Assembly: GCF_004010195.1 (NCBI RefSeq)
Contig: NC_057756.1
Coordinates: 4,021,232 to 4,085,231, forward strand
Direction of reading: 5' to 3'
From: Chiloscyllium plagiosum
Taxonomy: Eukaryota
Length of the DNA stretch: 64,000 nt
Shown: positions 1-13,248 of the stretch, one piece after another
Layout: each line of letters begins with the position of its first letter
How positions within the stretch are numbered: position 1 is the first letter of the stretch
Notes under the pieces: generated by a model
Seen by the model: the letters and a program-made list of their open reading frames with translations, nothing else
Told to the model about the DNA's origin: nothing
Databases searched by the model: none
Position numbers and translations under genes: made by a program

Positions 1-564
1 TAAATGGATTATTGGAAAATTTTGTGGTAGTTTGTTTAGAAACAGTGAAAAACTTCACATCCGGACGTACTTGTTGTAGTTATCTAAACTAATTAATCCC
101 ATAGTTGTCAAGGACTTCGAGATTCTTCTGAATCATTGCAGCGCGCATCTCCTTGTGGTCTACACGTTATACAGCATATATGTAAACTTTGGATTTCACA
201 CAAGGTTAATGAAAAATTCTGAATACAGAAAATGTTATGGTAAAACACGCCATTCTGCTGCCTCCTAAGATACCATCACCATGCATGTAATCGTTTTCCA
301 TGAGCTGACACCTGGCATTTGTCTATTACATACTACTTGTCTACAATGCCAAAGAGTAACGGCTTGTATTCAATTCTATCCTCCACTCGAATAGACAGAT
401 AAAGTACAATATATTGCTGAAAATAAAGTTTTTTTGTATCTTAAATGTCAGGCTTTGCATTGTTAAATTCATATACATTCCATATTTCCTGGACATCATA
501 ATGGTGAAGAAAAAGGAAATAAATTGCAGTTGCCACCGTCTTACAAGCTATATAGCTACTTTAT

Positions 565-730
565 TATCAGGGAAAACCGACTGGTCGTGATAAAGCTTAA
601 GGGTTACTACTCCTGAGGTGAGTGGAGATGAGAGGACAGTGTTCTTCATTGTGAGCTCACCCGTTTTCGCAGCTGAACCCATATTGTTAGCTTCACTCTA
701 TATCACAAACTAGCCACCAAGCTTAATAGC
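565..730 (-). mobile_element. Degenerate tRNA-derived SINE
   Basis: Resembles a recalled shark SINE read in reverse (CTCCTGAGGTGAGTGGAGATGAGAGG...CTGAACCCATATTGTTAGCTTCACTCTATATCACAAACTAGCC, with a reversed B-box-like GAACCC). A related forward copy lies at ~18355-18480. Confidence 0.45.
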
Positions 731-809
731 TTTCACGAAGATAGCATATCAGTACAGAAAAGTGCAAATATTGTGCTATAACTTAAATGATTACATATTC
801 CTACTTCAG

Positions 810-836
810 AAAGTAAACTCAAGGACTGTCAGAAAG
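810..836 (+). CDS. Candidate 27-nt micro-exon, phase 1-1, (E)SKLKDCQK
   Basis: ttcctacttcAG|AAAGTAAACTCAAGGACTGTCAGAAAG|GTGAGT: pyrimidine tract, consensus donor, no stop. Resembles exon 18571-18597. Confidence 0.65.
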
Positions 837-2065
837 GTGAGTGGTACACAAACTTTAATTCCTTGACAAAATAATTCCTGAATAAAACAGTTATGTTTTA
901 AGGATTATGATGTTTTAATTTGGAGCTTCCATTTGTATAGTTTTGTTTTCTGGGGATTAATGTAACTGTGTCGCCATTTCGGTAATCAGATATTGTTTAA
1001 GGAAAACTAATGTAAATTAGGGAGTCCCTCTTGATGTAATGAGGAAAATTTTATTAACTTACTTGTCAACATGAGGAACAGAGAAGTAATTTCTAGGTCG
1101 AAGGGACAATTTGTTCTCATTATCTTCTTATAATGTGAAAACCCCTATGGGTGCAAAAAATGTTTTACTTTAGGGTGTCTCAATGCGTGTAAAGATGGCT
1201 TGATTCTGTTTCGAAAAGAGAAATGCATTACCAGTGAACTGTGAGGAAATTTGTCATCACATTGCATTTCCATTTCAAATGTCGAGCCGAGAGGATTTTC
1301 ATTAGGACCATGTAATGGTTATTCAAAGTTGAGGAAACTGAAGTTCACTTTTTGATTTCACAATAAGGAATGCGCGTAATGTATTTGTGCAGAACATAAT
1401 AAATAGTTAATTCAAACATTAAGATGCAACAGGTTCTTTTTTTAGTGTTGGGAATTTTCAGTTTTTGATCTGATAGAACTAGGATTTTGCTGTTTGATTC
1501 GCAATCGACCAACTCATTTCTGTACATATTTTAGTTTAATCTATTCGGATCTTGTTCATTCAGGGCATTCACCGTTTATTTTGAATGCCCTAACTAATGA
1601 GGTCAAAGTCCAAATTAAGATCTATCTAGTCCAACAGTAACATCAGCCAGGGCCATAATGCAACCAAAAAGTGATTTATTTCTGTACAGATTGTATCGAG
1701 AGATAACGATGATTTATTCTTTCAACTTATTCAATTTCATATCTGGAAGATCGAACAGAATTATTGATTTCTCATCTTGCATTTTTGTTGATTAGTGAAG
1801 TTATTGTAGCTTCAGTATTTATCTCAACGAAACAAAGATTGTGAAGATACAATAAAGAATGTATAACACTGATTGTCGAATGTCAATTGACGTATCAATT
1901 AGGAGGGATTCTGTAAGATTGCAGTACTAGTTTCTTCCTTTCTGAATGTGACTCAAGAAATGAAGATAATACTATAAACAGTTAAGTACAACTGTCGATC
2001 TCTAAAACATTCATGTCTACGATTGTTCCATGCCCAAACGGGTGTCTCAGATAATTCTATTTTAG

Positions 2066-2080
2066 AAATGTTCTTTAAAG
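2066..2080 (+). CDS. Candidate 15-nt micro-exon, phase 1-1, (E)MFFK; an in-frame acceptor before 2051 would give 30 nt, (D)NSILEMFFK
   Basis: aattctattttAG|AAATGTTCTTTAAAG|GTGAGC. Confidence 0.45.
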
Positions 2081-2361
2081 GTGAGCTTGGGAGTTTGACA
2101 TTTTTGATCACATTGGAAATGTAGGTGGAACGTCCTAACGATTATGCTGTAACAAAGAATTCACCAACAAAATATATCTGGCTGTTTCCCTTTGAAATTG
2201 AGCGTTTTCGATCATTAAGTGAGAAGGGAAAGTGTATGCAACATATACGAAGCAAAATAGAGGTTGGGTTATAAGAGAAATAATGTACTGAAACCGTTGC
2301 AAGATGTACATTACCATACAGAAACAGCAAACGTAAATTACCATCTCATTCTCATATTTAG

Positions 2362-2385
2362 GTATAGGTTTTAACGAAGAACAAG
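2362..2385 (+). CDS. Candidate 24-nt micro-exon, phase 1-1, (G)IGFNEEQ
   Basis: ctcattctcatatttAG|GTATAGGTTTTAACGAAGAACAAG|GTGAGT. Confidence 0.55.
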
Positions 2386-2779
2386 GTGAGTCAATAATTT
2401 CTGCCTCCATTCAGTGTGTTCCTCGAGACTGTGCGTGGATGGAGCTACGATTGGTCTTGAAATCTTTGTGGCATGCTTGTCACTCTGTATGCATCTTGGC
2501 TGTTCTTCTGTCGGTACTCATGTTTTTGCAATATTTTTGTCATGTATAATGCACATTGTGCATATCCACCATTCTCTTAATGATATAACTTCTTGATATC
2601 TATTTCCATGATTAATTTATTCAGAAAATGTTACTCTATTACTGATCTCCTTGAACTGTAAAAAAAAAACCTTGCAGTGAACATTTGGACGTTATTTTAA
2701 AATTAAAAATCTGCATACATCATTATTGTGATCAGACTATCTGATGCTATCTATTGTAGTGTCAAAACTAGCTCATCAG

Positions 2780-3050
2780 CTTGATCATTAAATGCACCTC
2801 TGTCCTGTACATGTATGCTTCATACCGGTATTTTACTGTCAAGAACCTCCTCTCTTCTGCAATGCCCCGAACTTTAACAACTAGAAACAAGCCATGCAGT
2901 TGCTCACACTGCTTCCCCCAAGCAGGTCCTACTTGGAAGCTGCCATTTGAAATGTCCCCTTGCAACTCCATCACTATTCCATCTTTGGCTCATGTGCTAT
3001 TAACTCAGTCACAAGTAAAATTCCTTTCTGCTCACTGCAATGCATAATCT
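2780..3050 (+). mobile_element. Degenerate LINE 3' fragment (CR1/L2 group)
   Basis: Loose resemblance to the 3' part of the recalled family also seen at 20150-21060; no intact ORF. Confidence 0.3.
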
Positions 3051-3769
3051 CTGTGGGTATTATGAGAAAGAGTAACTTCTGATTACATTCTGCCACTACG
3101 AAACCTTCTCAATCATTCACTGAAGAAATATGTGTTCTAATCTAAAACTATCTATAATAATATTCCCAATTATAGTGTATTGCCTTCGTTATCATTATCC
3201 TTTTAAAGTTGTTGTTCTTTCTAAATACTGGAACTAGACATACACTAATCAAATGCTAAAGTGAAAGCTCTTCCAACTCAACAGTTCAGTTTGAAACAAA
3301 AACTGAAATTTCTGGTCTGGTGGCACGTATGGAATGAGATCACAGTTAACATTTTCAGTATAGTTATTCTTCATCAATAAAGCCACCAGTTTATGTTTTT
3401 GCTTCAGATCGCTAGCATTAGCAATTCTTTGTACTCTTTTACTTAAATTCAAATCTCTTTAAGCCATGTGAAACATGCAGATACTCAGTTCTTTTAATAA
3501 CAGCGTACTAATTTAGATTGATTCAATTCAAATGTATATAATATATGTGCTGGTCTTATTAGCACATTGATTATATTGGTATGTAAATTAGTTCCACATT
3601 GCTACATTCAATTCAGTTGAATCCTGAGAGGTTAATTCAAGGTCTGAAAACAAAACCAGTTTACTGCTTCTGTCATTTCTTTTAAATTATGTATCTCATC
3701 TTTACAATTATCTACAATTCCGAAGTCTTATCGATTTTCGCGCATACAAAGGAGAATACATTTGAAATA

Positions 3770-4269
3770 NNNNNNNNNNNNNNNNNNNNNNNNNNNNNNN
3801 NNNNNNNNNNNNNNNNNNNNNNNNNNNNNNNNNNNNNNNNNNNNNNNNNNNNNNNNNNNNNNNNNNNNNNNNNNNNNNNNNNNNNNNNNNNNNNNNNNNN
3901 NNNNNNNNNNNNNNNNNNNNNNNNNNNNNNNNNNNNNNNNNNNNNNNNNNNNNNNNNNNNNNNNNNNNNNNNNNNNNNNNNNNNNNNNNNNNNNNNNNNN
4001 NNNNNNNNNNNNNNNNNNNNNNNNNNNNNNNNNNNNNNNNNNNNNNNNNNNNNNNNNNNNNNNNNNNNNNNNNNNNNNNNNNNNNNNNNNNNNNNNNNNN
4101 NNNNNNNNNNNNNNNNNNNNNNNNNNNNNNNNNNNNNNNNNNNNNNNNNNNNNNNNNNNNNNNNNNNNNNNNNNNNNNNNNNNNNNNNNNNNNNNNNNNN
4201 NNNNNNNNNNNNNNNNNNNNNNNNNNNNNNNNNNNNNNNNNNNNNNNNNNNNNNNNNNNNNNNNNNNNN
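3770..4269. other. Assembly gap, exactly 500 N
   Basis: Run of N; the round length suggests a placeholder of unknown true size. Confidence 0.99.
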
Positions 4270-4358
4270 AACAGATTTCTTTTCTGTTATTGTTAGAACA
4301 TTAACAGATTAATGGATCATTTAGTGCAACCCACTAGCTACCCTGCCTTCTTTGATGC

Positions 4359-4431
4359 AAAGTTAAAAATCACACAACACCAGGTTATAGTCCAACAGGT
4401 TTAATTGGAAGCACACTAGCTTTCGGAGCGC
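4359..4431 (-). repeat. Truncated copy of the short hammerhead-bearing repeat seen at 51141-51230
   Basis: AAGTTAAAAATCACACAACACCAGGTTATAGTCCAACAGGTTTAATTGGAAGCACACTAGCTTTCGGAGCG is the exact reverse complement of 51160-51230. It breaks off inside hammerhead stem II. Confidence 0.9.
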
Positions 4432-4559
4432 AATTTTAACACATCAATGTGAAATATGCAGTTCAATATGTGAATTACTTCTCTGGCCTATTGCATGTCG
4501 AAGATTCTTGGGATCGTTTGTGCGCCCACTATCTGAACGTGATAAAAGTGACGTGGGTA

Positions 4560-7275
4560 GGAAGAAAAGTGGGGCTATAAGGCAGATATTCAGGGAGCGA
4601 GGATGGAAGCTTGGACTTAGAACAATCAGTGTTGCTATCATTATTGCCCATGCCACATGCGAGTGAAGCGAGGAACAAAGAGAGAGTGGAGCTGCATGGA
4701 TGGTGTAGGAAGGAGGGTTTTAGATTTAAGGATAATTGAATCTCTTTCTGGGGAAAGTGGGACCTCTGCATAAAGGATGGTCTTCAGCTGAACCAGAGAA
4801 GTACCAAGATGTTCAGTTTGAAATTGCTAATTTCAGGGGTTGGCGTGGGTAGCGTTTAAACTAATGCAGCATGGGAATGTGAACTTGAAATATAGTTACA
4901 GGGCAGTGATGTTCGGGATAGGTTTGCAATGTCGCGAGAGGACACCAGCAATCAGGATGTTGGTTTGAAATATGTGTATGTCAATGCCAGGAACATCGGA
5001 AATAAGGTGGGTGAACTGGTCACATGGGTTGGTACCTCGGATTTCGATGTTGTGGCCATTTCAGAGACATGGCTAGCGGAGGGACAGGAATGGTTGTTAC
5101 ATATTCCGGGATGTAGATATTTTATCAAGAACACAGAAAATGTTAAAAGAGACCGGAGGTTTGGCATTGTTAATAAAGTGTAAAATTACAGGAGCTGTGA
5201 TAACGTTTGAGGACTTATCTATTGAGATAGTTTGGGCTGAGGGTAGAAAGAGGAAATAAAATGTCACCCTTTTTCGGAGTTTTCTATAGGCCTATGAAAT
5301 GTTCAAAGGAATGAGGGGGAAGAATAGCAAAGATGATTCTCGACAGGAGCGAGAGTAATAGTGTAGTTGTTATGGAGGACTTTAAATTCCTCAATATTGA
5401 CGGACTGGGAATACTACAGTTCAAGTAGTTAAATGGGTCAGTTTGTTTTTCAGTGTTTGCAGGAGGTTTTCTGACATTTTATGTAGAGTGGCCAACTAGT
5501 GGCAATGCCATATTGGATTTGGTGTGGGGTAGTGAACCCGGGCAGGTGTTAGATCTGGATATAGGTGAGTACTTTGGCGATAGTGTCCATAATTTGGTTA
5601 TGTATACAATAAGCAATGGACATTGATTGGTAAATACCGCAGGGAAAATGGTTTGCCTCGGGGATAGGCAATAATTACGCGATTAGGCAAGATTTTGGAT
5701 GCATAGGATGGGGAAGGAAACTGCAGGGGATGAACACATTTGAAATGTGGAGCTTGTTCAAGCAACAGCTAGGGAAAGTCCTTGATAAGTACATACCTAT
5801 TAGGCATGGTGGTTGTGTCGAGAGAGGGAGACATATTTTTCTAAAGATATTCAAGTCTTTCTAATAAGGAGGAAGAATGCTTATGTGAGGCTGAGGCGTG
5901 AAAATTCAGTTAGGAGGCTTGAAACTTCTAAATTATCCAAAAAGAATCTAAAGAGGCGGTTAAGAAGAGTCAGGAGGGGACATGAAAATTTGTTGGCGGA
6001 TAGGATCAAGGAAAAACCCAAGGCCTTTGAAGGGAATATCAGGAATAAAAGAATAACTCGATTAGGGCTAAGGAAAGATAGTAGTGGAAAGTTGTGTTTG
6101 GAACCTGACGACACGGAGAAGCACTTAATGAATACTTATCGTCAGTATTCACATTAGAAAAGGGCAATGTTCGTGAGAATACAGAGATACATGCTACAGG
6201 ATTAGATGGGATTGAGACAAAGTGTAGGGTTTTGCAATTTTGGAAAATGCCAAAATATTTAAGATCCCAGGGCTGAATGGGATTTATCCGTGGATTCTCT
6301 GGGAAGCCAGGGAGGAAATTCCAGAGCCGTTGGCTTTGATTCTTATATCATTCTTGTCGATGCGAGGAGTGCCACAAGACTGGAGGATTGCAAATGTTTC
6401 AGTTGTTTATGAAGGCGAGTCGGGACAACCCTGGCAATTACAAGCCAGTTAGCCTGACTTCTGTTATGGGTAAGGTGTTGAACAATGTTCTGTGATATAA
6501 GATTTATAATCATCTGGAAATGAATAAGTTATTGAGAGATAGTCTACAAGGGTTTGTGAACAGTAGATCATGCCTTAGTAATCTTATTGAGTTCTTCGAG
6601 AGGGTGGCAAAATAGGTGGCTGAAAGTAAGGTGGTTGATGTGTTGTATATGGACCTCAATATGACGATTGAGAAGGTTCCAAACGGTAGGCTATTGCACG
6701 AAATAAGAAGCTTTGGGATTGAGGGTGATTTAACGGTTGGGATCAAAAATAGGCTTGCTGAGAGAAGACAGATGGTGGTGGTTGATGGAAAATATTCATC
6801 CTGGAGATTTTCTACCAGTAGTGTGCCACAAGGATCTGCTTTGAGGGCACTGCTGTCCCTCATTTCTATAAATTATGTGGAGGTGGGCATGGAAGGATGA
6901 ATTAGTAAATTGGCAGATGAGACGAACGGAGGCAGAGTTGTGTTTAGTGCTGAAGGATGTTGTGCATTACAGAGAGACATATTTAAGATACAGAGCTGTG
7001 CTGAGACGTTGGAAATGGAGTTTATTGCGGAAAAGTGTGAGGCCATTCCTTTCGGAAGAAGTAACGGGAATGCTATTGGTAAAATTTTTTGCAGTGTAGA
7101 TTAACAGAGAGACCTCACTAACGTTAAGTGCATTTAAATGGACATGGGACATACATAAGGATAATAATGGAACGGTGTAGGTTAGATGGGCATCACGATA
7201 ATTTGGCAGGTCAGCACACCATCGAGGAGGAATAGCCTGTACTGCGCTGTAACATTTTATCTTCTATGTTCTTAA
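4560..7275 (+). mobile_element. CR1-clade LINE (HER1-like), decayed: ORF1 esterase end, ORF2 APE endonuclease and RT
   Basis: Motifs KYVYVNARNIGNKVGEL...DVVAISETWL (endonuclease), KIPGLNGIYPWILWEAREEI, VDVLYMDLNMTIEKVPNGRLL and SVPQGSAL (RT). Ends in a TTCTATGTTCTT-type tail; many stops and frameshifts. Confidence 0.9.
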
Positions 7276-8393
7276 CAAGTTTTGCTTAATCTGTAATATA
7301 TTATAGTCCAAAATAATATATGTAATTGTCATCCTGTTACATTCTCTGAGGTGTTCCTCAGTCGGCTTCAAAAAAGTTGTTTCCAGTGCACCAATACGAT
7401 GTCTGAAAAACCTGAGAGGGTCAAAAGTAGATTCACACCACGACTTTCATCAGTAAAATCTGTTCCTCACCACACGTAATTGACCTAGATCGCATGATAC
7501 TCCCCTTTTCCGATCAGGTGTGGGTTTGTGTGGATGGTACAATCTCATGCTCGTACTCAGACTGGCGGAAGTGATTGGTGCGGGGGATGCGATACACGTC
7601 ATTCACTATTATCGAACAAGCACATAGGGTATATCAGGTGACCAGTGAGATGCCTAGTTAAATTAATGTTCATTTCAAATTAAATTCATGCAGCACATTA
7701 TTAAATGAAGAATGTTATTAAGTTATTAAATTATTTCGTCAGTCTCAATTTTGGAATTAATTATTTGGAAGGATTTGAAACAGGGCTTTTTTTGTCGTGA
7801 ACAAACGTTACCACAGTCACGTTGAGATCCCTCGAAATCGAACAATGGACTACATTTCTCCTAAGTAGATACAAGTGATAAAAGTGTTTTTGTCATTTTT
7901 TATGATCTAGGAGCACATAATGGAATTTGAAATTTCATTGCGAATGTTAACAAATTACATGGCAAAGCTGAATAACTTCACACAGCTGACAGTAATTATC
8001 ATATAGCTACTTGATACTTTGCAATGCAAAACATCAAACGTCCATCTTTTAATGTGAACATTCTCATTTGCAATGTTTGTTCTAGATTTGATAACAACCA
8101 AGCATTGCACTGAATATTTTCGAAGCCTAAAGTTCCTTCCCCTCTTCTGTAAGCAATCCAAGCTGTACTCTTAACTGTTTGCAACATCCATGTCTTTCTT
8201 TTTCTCAACGCTAATGCCTGATTCAGGAGATGGCTTCAATGTTTCCAGGAGGACTTAGCTTATCAAGGCTTTTGCTTTATTTAGATACTCATCACCCGAC
8301 TACATCGTGTCTTTCTTGACATTCTCACTTTGTAAATTACAGAATCTTATGCCGCATCATCTTGCAGTCTATTCTTTCTATACACTGCACGTA

Positions 8394-8415
8394 TCTCTCT
8401 CTCTCTCTCTCTCTT
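8394..8415. repeat. (TC)n microsatellite
   Basis: About 11 TC units. Confidence 0.9.
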
Positions 8416-8683
8416 TTATCTCACTCATTCAATTCCTTTGTCTCTTTGTCACTTTCTGAGAGGCTTCAACATTATACGGCTCAAATGACAGAAAACACTG
8501 ATGTGAGCATTTGTAGTCTACCGTTGCCTTTGTTACGTGTCATGATCTACACTTCGACAACAACATGTCAGGAAACACATCATTTCCTTTAATGAAAAGG
8601 ATTTATCGATGAAGATTCGGCACTGACTTTTGTTTTGCTAGTGCATCTAACTATCGTTCACTAGAATACCAGTTTCATTAAGT

Positions 8684-8780
8684 TCTGTTGAAAGGTTCCT
8701 ACGTGAAGCATCTAATCTCCTGCTCCTTTGATTCTGCTTGCCTTGTTGTACTTTGCCCAACTCCACACTTTGTCGACTGT
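8684..8780 (+). repeat. Degenerate Penelope-tail short repeat
   Basis: TCTCCTGCTCCTTTGATTCTGCTTGCCTTGTTGTACTTTGCCCAACTCCACACTTTGTCGAC aligns loosely with 25697-25757 and 46500-46558. Confidence 0.5.
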
Positions 8781-10079
8781 GATATATCATTAACCAAACA
8801 ACCATAGAGTGAAGCTAATGAGTAAATAACGCTATACTGGAATGAGGAAGAGAAATAAAGACTATTATTGCATAATATGTGAAACGTACTATTTGATTTG
8901 GAAGTTTGATTTTTTTGAAAGAAGCTAAATGAGACTTTAGAGAATAGTTGAAGAAAGAGTCATGCAAACACACACAAAAAATGAATAATGGAAGTAAATA
9001 TACTATTGTTTGCAAAACCTGTCAGGAGTTTGACGGTTGAGTTTAACTCTCTTTTTTTCTTTGGATGTGTTGCACTATTCTTTGATGACTGTAGTGTACG
9101 ATATGTGTTCATAAAATTGAATGGATTTAGCAAATGAGCGCACGTGAAGACTTTCGCTGTTACAAAAAAAGGATGAGACACTGTTGGCTTTCCGAAATCA
9201 TGATTCTTGTTACATGGAAAGTTCATCTATTGTACATCCATGTTTTTACAGAACAGATATTTAATTTCTGACATTGAAAGTTTGATTTGGACTGAGATAA
9301 TGCAAAGAATATTGAAGGCACATGCAATATCGCATTTAAGAAATATTGTGATAGCGAGGTTTGAGAAGATTCATAGTTCAGGATGAGTTAAGATTTTGAT
9401 AACTGCTGGGAGGATAGATTTAAATAGCGTTTATGTTGAACAACAGTTTGCCATATTGAACAAAAAGATGTCGGAAATGACAGAAGACGCATGGAGTTCA
9501 GAAAGCACATTTCTTCTGTAATTTAGCAGTCATGACTTGTTCCTCTCAGATTGCCATGTTTAATCCTTTTCGATTTGATTATTTTCACGTGACTTAAAGT
9601 ATTTTCTTTCTTGCTGTTCTTATAATCAGACGCAGTAATCAAACAAAACAACATAACCATTGAACCCGTTAGATGCACTTCATGATGACGATGAAAACTA
9701 AGCCTCAAGCATACTTAAACATTTTCAAGGTTCAAATAATAGTTTTTGTTCAATCAAACCGGAAGTTAGGCATTGATAAGACAGCTTGTGAGATTATTCT
9801 AAAACTTCATACTGGATGTAATACAGGCATTAAGCCGTTGTCTTTACCAAATCTGACACTGAGACTTTTTGAAGTGAATCGTATGTCCATAGGTAAAAAC
9901 AAGGAAACAAGCTTCAGAGAACTGACTGTTTTCGAAAATAAAATGCAATTAACTGAAGCCAACTGTCAACATAATTTTAAATTGAGTGTTAAAAACTTAA
10001 ATGCAACAGAATTACTGACAAGCAGGGCAGGCATGTGTAGAACTTCAGGAGTTGGGTGAGGTCTTCAAAGCATATTCAT

Positions 10080-11215
10080 ACACTGCGTTAAGTGTGTAGA
10101 AAGACATGAGGACTTGTGCACATGGGGATGTCGGTGGTGAGATCTTGTGGACAGTCGAAATCACAATAGAGGAGGTCTTGGATGCATTAGAATGTATGAA
10201 GTTGGATAAATCTCCTGGTCCTGATCAGACACATTAAAGGACACTGTCAGGGACTGGCTGATATATTTGCATGATTCTGAGTCATGGTTGAGGTCCAGGA
10301 AGATAATTCAAGAAAAGCTGCATAGAAAAACCTAAGAACTACAGAATGGTAAACCTAATTTGTGATTGGTACTTTACTTGAGAAGATTCTGACAAAGAGG
10401 ATATACATGTATTTTTAAAGTCGGGGTTTGATTAGGAGTAGTCATCATGGCTTTGTGTGGACAAACATTCCTCACACTTTGGTTAGAACTCTTTAATGAA
10501 GTGACCAGGGAAATTTACGAGGAGAGGGCGGCAAACATGGTCTGTGTGGATTTCAGTACGATCTTTGATAAGCTTCCATATGGTAGAGTGATGAGGAAGA
10601 TGAGATTGCGTGGAATCGAAGTAAAGCTGGCAGTTGGATGCACAATTCACTTGATGAAGGGGAGCAGAGAGTAATAATGGAAGAATGCTTCTCAGACTGG
10701 GGACTTGTGACTAGTGGAGTGCCCGAGGGATCGGCGTTGGTTCCATTCCTATTTGTTATTCGTATCAATGATTTTTATGCTAATGTTCAAGGCATAATGA
10801 GTCCGTTTACATGTGACCATAAAATAGGCTTCATTATGGAAAATGAGGATGGTTAACTGAAATTGCAGTAGGATTCCGATATGGTGGGGAAGTGGGCTAG
10901 GAAATGGCAAATGGAGTTCAATGTAGATAAGTGTGAGATCTGGCATTTTGGAAAGTCAAATCGAAGTAAGACATTAATGGTAAATGGTAGGGTCTCATGG
11001 AGTGTAGTGGTCGAGACTGACATTGGAATTCAGGTGCACAGTTCTCTGAATGTGGAATCTCAGGTACACACGGCACTGAAGAAGGTTTTTGGCATACTGG
11101 ACTTCATCAGTCAGGCATTGATTATTGAAATTGACAAGTTATATTGCAGTACTACAGGATGGGGGTGAGGACTTACTTGAACTATTGAGTTCAGGTTTGC
11201 TCACCTTGTTCGAAT
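10080..11215 (+). mobile_element. CR1 LINE ORF2 (RT) fragment, decayed
   Basis: CVDFSTIFDKLPYGR, VTSGVPEGSALVPFLFVIRIND, WARKWQMEFNVDKCEIWHFG. Confidence 0.9.
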
Positions 11216-11899
11216 AAGGTTTTGTTCACCTTGTTACATCTTCAAAAAGCTCCGATGTCTGTCCAAAAAACACTTTGTCTCTGTTGATCAATACCCCATT
11301 AAATGAAACCACTGCTCCTGAGACACTGACAACTTCATGCTTTACAATTGAATAATTATGCAGTATCTTGGGCTTTAAAGTCATTTGTGCCAGCGTGACA
11401 CATGACTGGCTGCCCGGAAAACTGTTTCCAAAAACAGTCTTGACAGTTCCATCAGTATTCTGATCAAAATAGAAACAATCTTAGATGCATTAAATTCGGG
11501 TTACGGATGAGTAAAAAAACACACTTACTGAAGTGCACTGTCGACGAGCACTCTCTTTTCGTAATAAAGTAAAACAAACCAATGGAGAGAAAAGTCAACA
11601 GAACACAGGATAAAGTTTCCGTCTGAAACTAAAAAAAAAGTGAATGAGCAGCATTCAGTAACAGCTCTGTTGCAGAACTATATCCTTGGATTGTATTTGT
11701 TACGAAAGAAAATAGGATAATGTCTTTAATATTGGAAGATTTTCACAGTAAATAAACAAATATGAAAGGGAAAGACAATTTGATTTGATGTCACGTACAA
11801 CAGGCTTGACAAACTTTGCTGAAAATGGGAGTTAAATAGAAGAAAGGAAATTTCAGACAGGTTATGTAAATATCTGTACTGGGGAAGGTGATTAAGACT

Positions 11900-13248
11900 A
11901 TTGTCAAGTAAGTAAAAGCAAAGCATCATCATAAAAACTGCCCCTGTTTGGCAGAGGCAGCATGGGTTCATGATGGGCACGTCATGCCTAAAAAGTCTTG
12001 TGAAATTCAATGAAGAATTTACAAACAATACAGACAATGGGGACACAGTGCATGTGGTATACATTGATTTCCAAAACGCGACTGACAAGGTGCCACACAA
12101 GAGGCTGCTGCGTAAGATAAGGTTGTACGGCATTACTGTAAAAGTATTACAAGGATAGAGGATTGAATGACGAGCTGTAAGCAAAGAGTGGGGATAAATG
12201 ATGGTATTCATTCAGTGACTAGTGGAGTGCCTCGTGGATTGGTGTTTGGAACATAATATATTCAAAATATACACATACATGATTTGGAGTTGGGGAAAAC
12301 GTGCAGTATGTCAAAGTTTGGTTTGACACTAAGATGAGTTGCAAAGCAATGTGCGCAGATAACTGAGTCTTGCAGAGGAACATGGCGACTTTAAGTGAGT
12401 GGGCAAAGGTCCGGCAGACGGAATACAAAGATATTAAATGTCAAGCCATCCATTTCAGTAGGAATAACAGTAAAAAGGACGATTACTTGAATGGTAAAAT
12501 GTTGTAGCATGCTGCCATACACAGACACCTGGGGGGTCCTTTTTCAAGAACACCAGAAAGTTGCTCTGAAGATACAACATGTAATTTGGAAGGCAAGTAC
12601 AATTTTGTCCTTCATTGCTCAAGGAATTTATTTGAAAAGCAGAGGGATTGCGTTGCAGCTGTACAAGTTATCGGTGAGGCCACACCTGGGTTACTGTGTG
12701 CGTTCTTGGGCCCCTTATTTGAGAAGGAATGTACTAGAACTGGAGGGTGTGCAGAGGAGATACGTTGATTTGATTCCGAATTTGAGGGAATTGGTTAATG
12801 AGGACAGACTGAGTAGACGGTGACTATATTCATTGGAAATCAGAATGCGGTGGGGGGGGGGGGGGGGGGAACTTATAGAAAATTATCCAATCATGAAGGA
12901 AATAACGAAAATAGAAGTAGAGAGGATGTATCTACTCGGAGGTGCAACTGTAACAAGAGGACATAGCCTCAAGATTAGAAGGAGAGGATTTTGGACTGAA
13001 GTGAGAAGGAACGTCTACACACGGAGGGTTGTGAATCAATGGAATGCCTTGCCTCAGTAAACGTTAATAAAGAAAGATAGATATGCTTTTGAATTATGAA
13101 AGAAATTAAGGGATGTGGTCAGAGGGCGGGTAACGGATTTGAGTCCATGAAAAGATCAGCATGATTACATTGAATGATGGAGCAGGCTCAAAGGGCTAGA
13201 AAGCCTACTCCTGCTCCTGGTTCTTATGTTCTTATATGTTCTTATGTT
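11900..13248 (+). mobile_element. CR1 LINE 3' portion (RT C-terminus, 3'UTR, tail)
   Basis: VVYIDFQNATDKVPHKRLLRKI, LYKLSVRPHLGYCVRSWAPYLR and TRGHSLKI...RRVVNQWNALP. Ends GCCTACTCCTGCTCC followed by a TTCTTATG-repeat tail. Confidence 0.92.

Noticed and set aside
3689..4312. 207-aa and 180-aa ORFs in the track
   Set aside because: They are open only because they run through the N gap.
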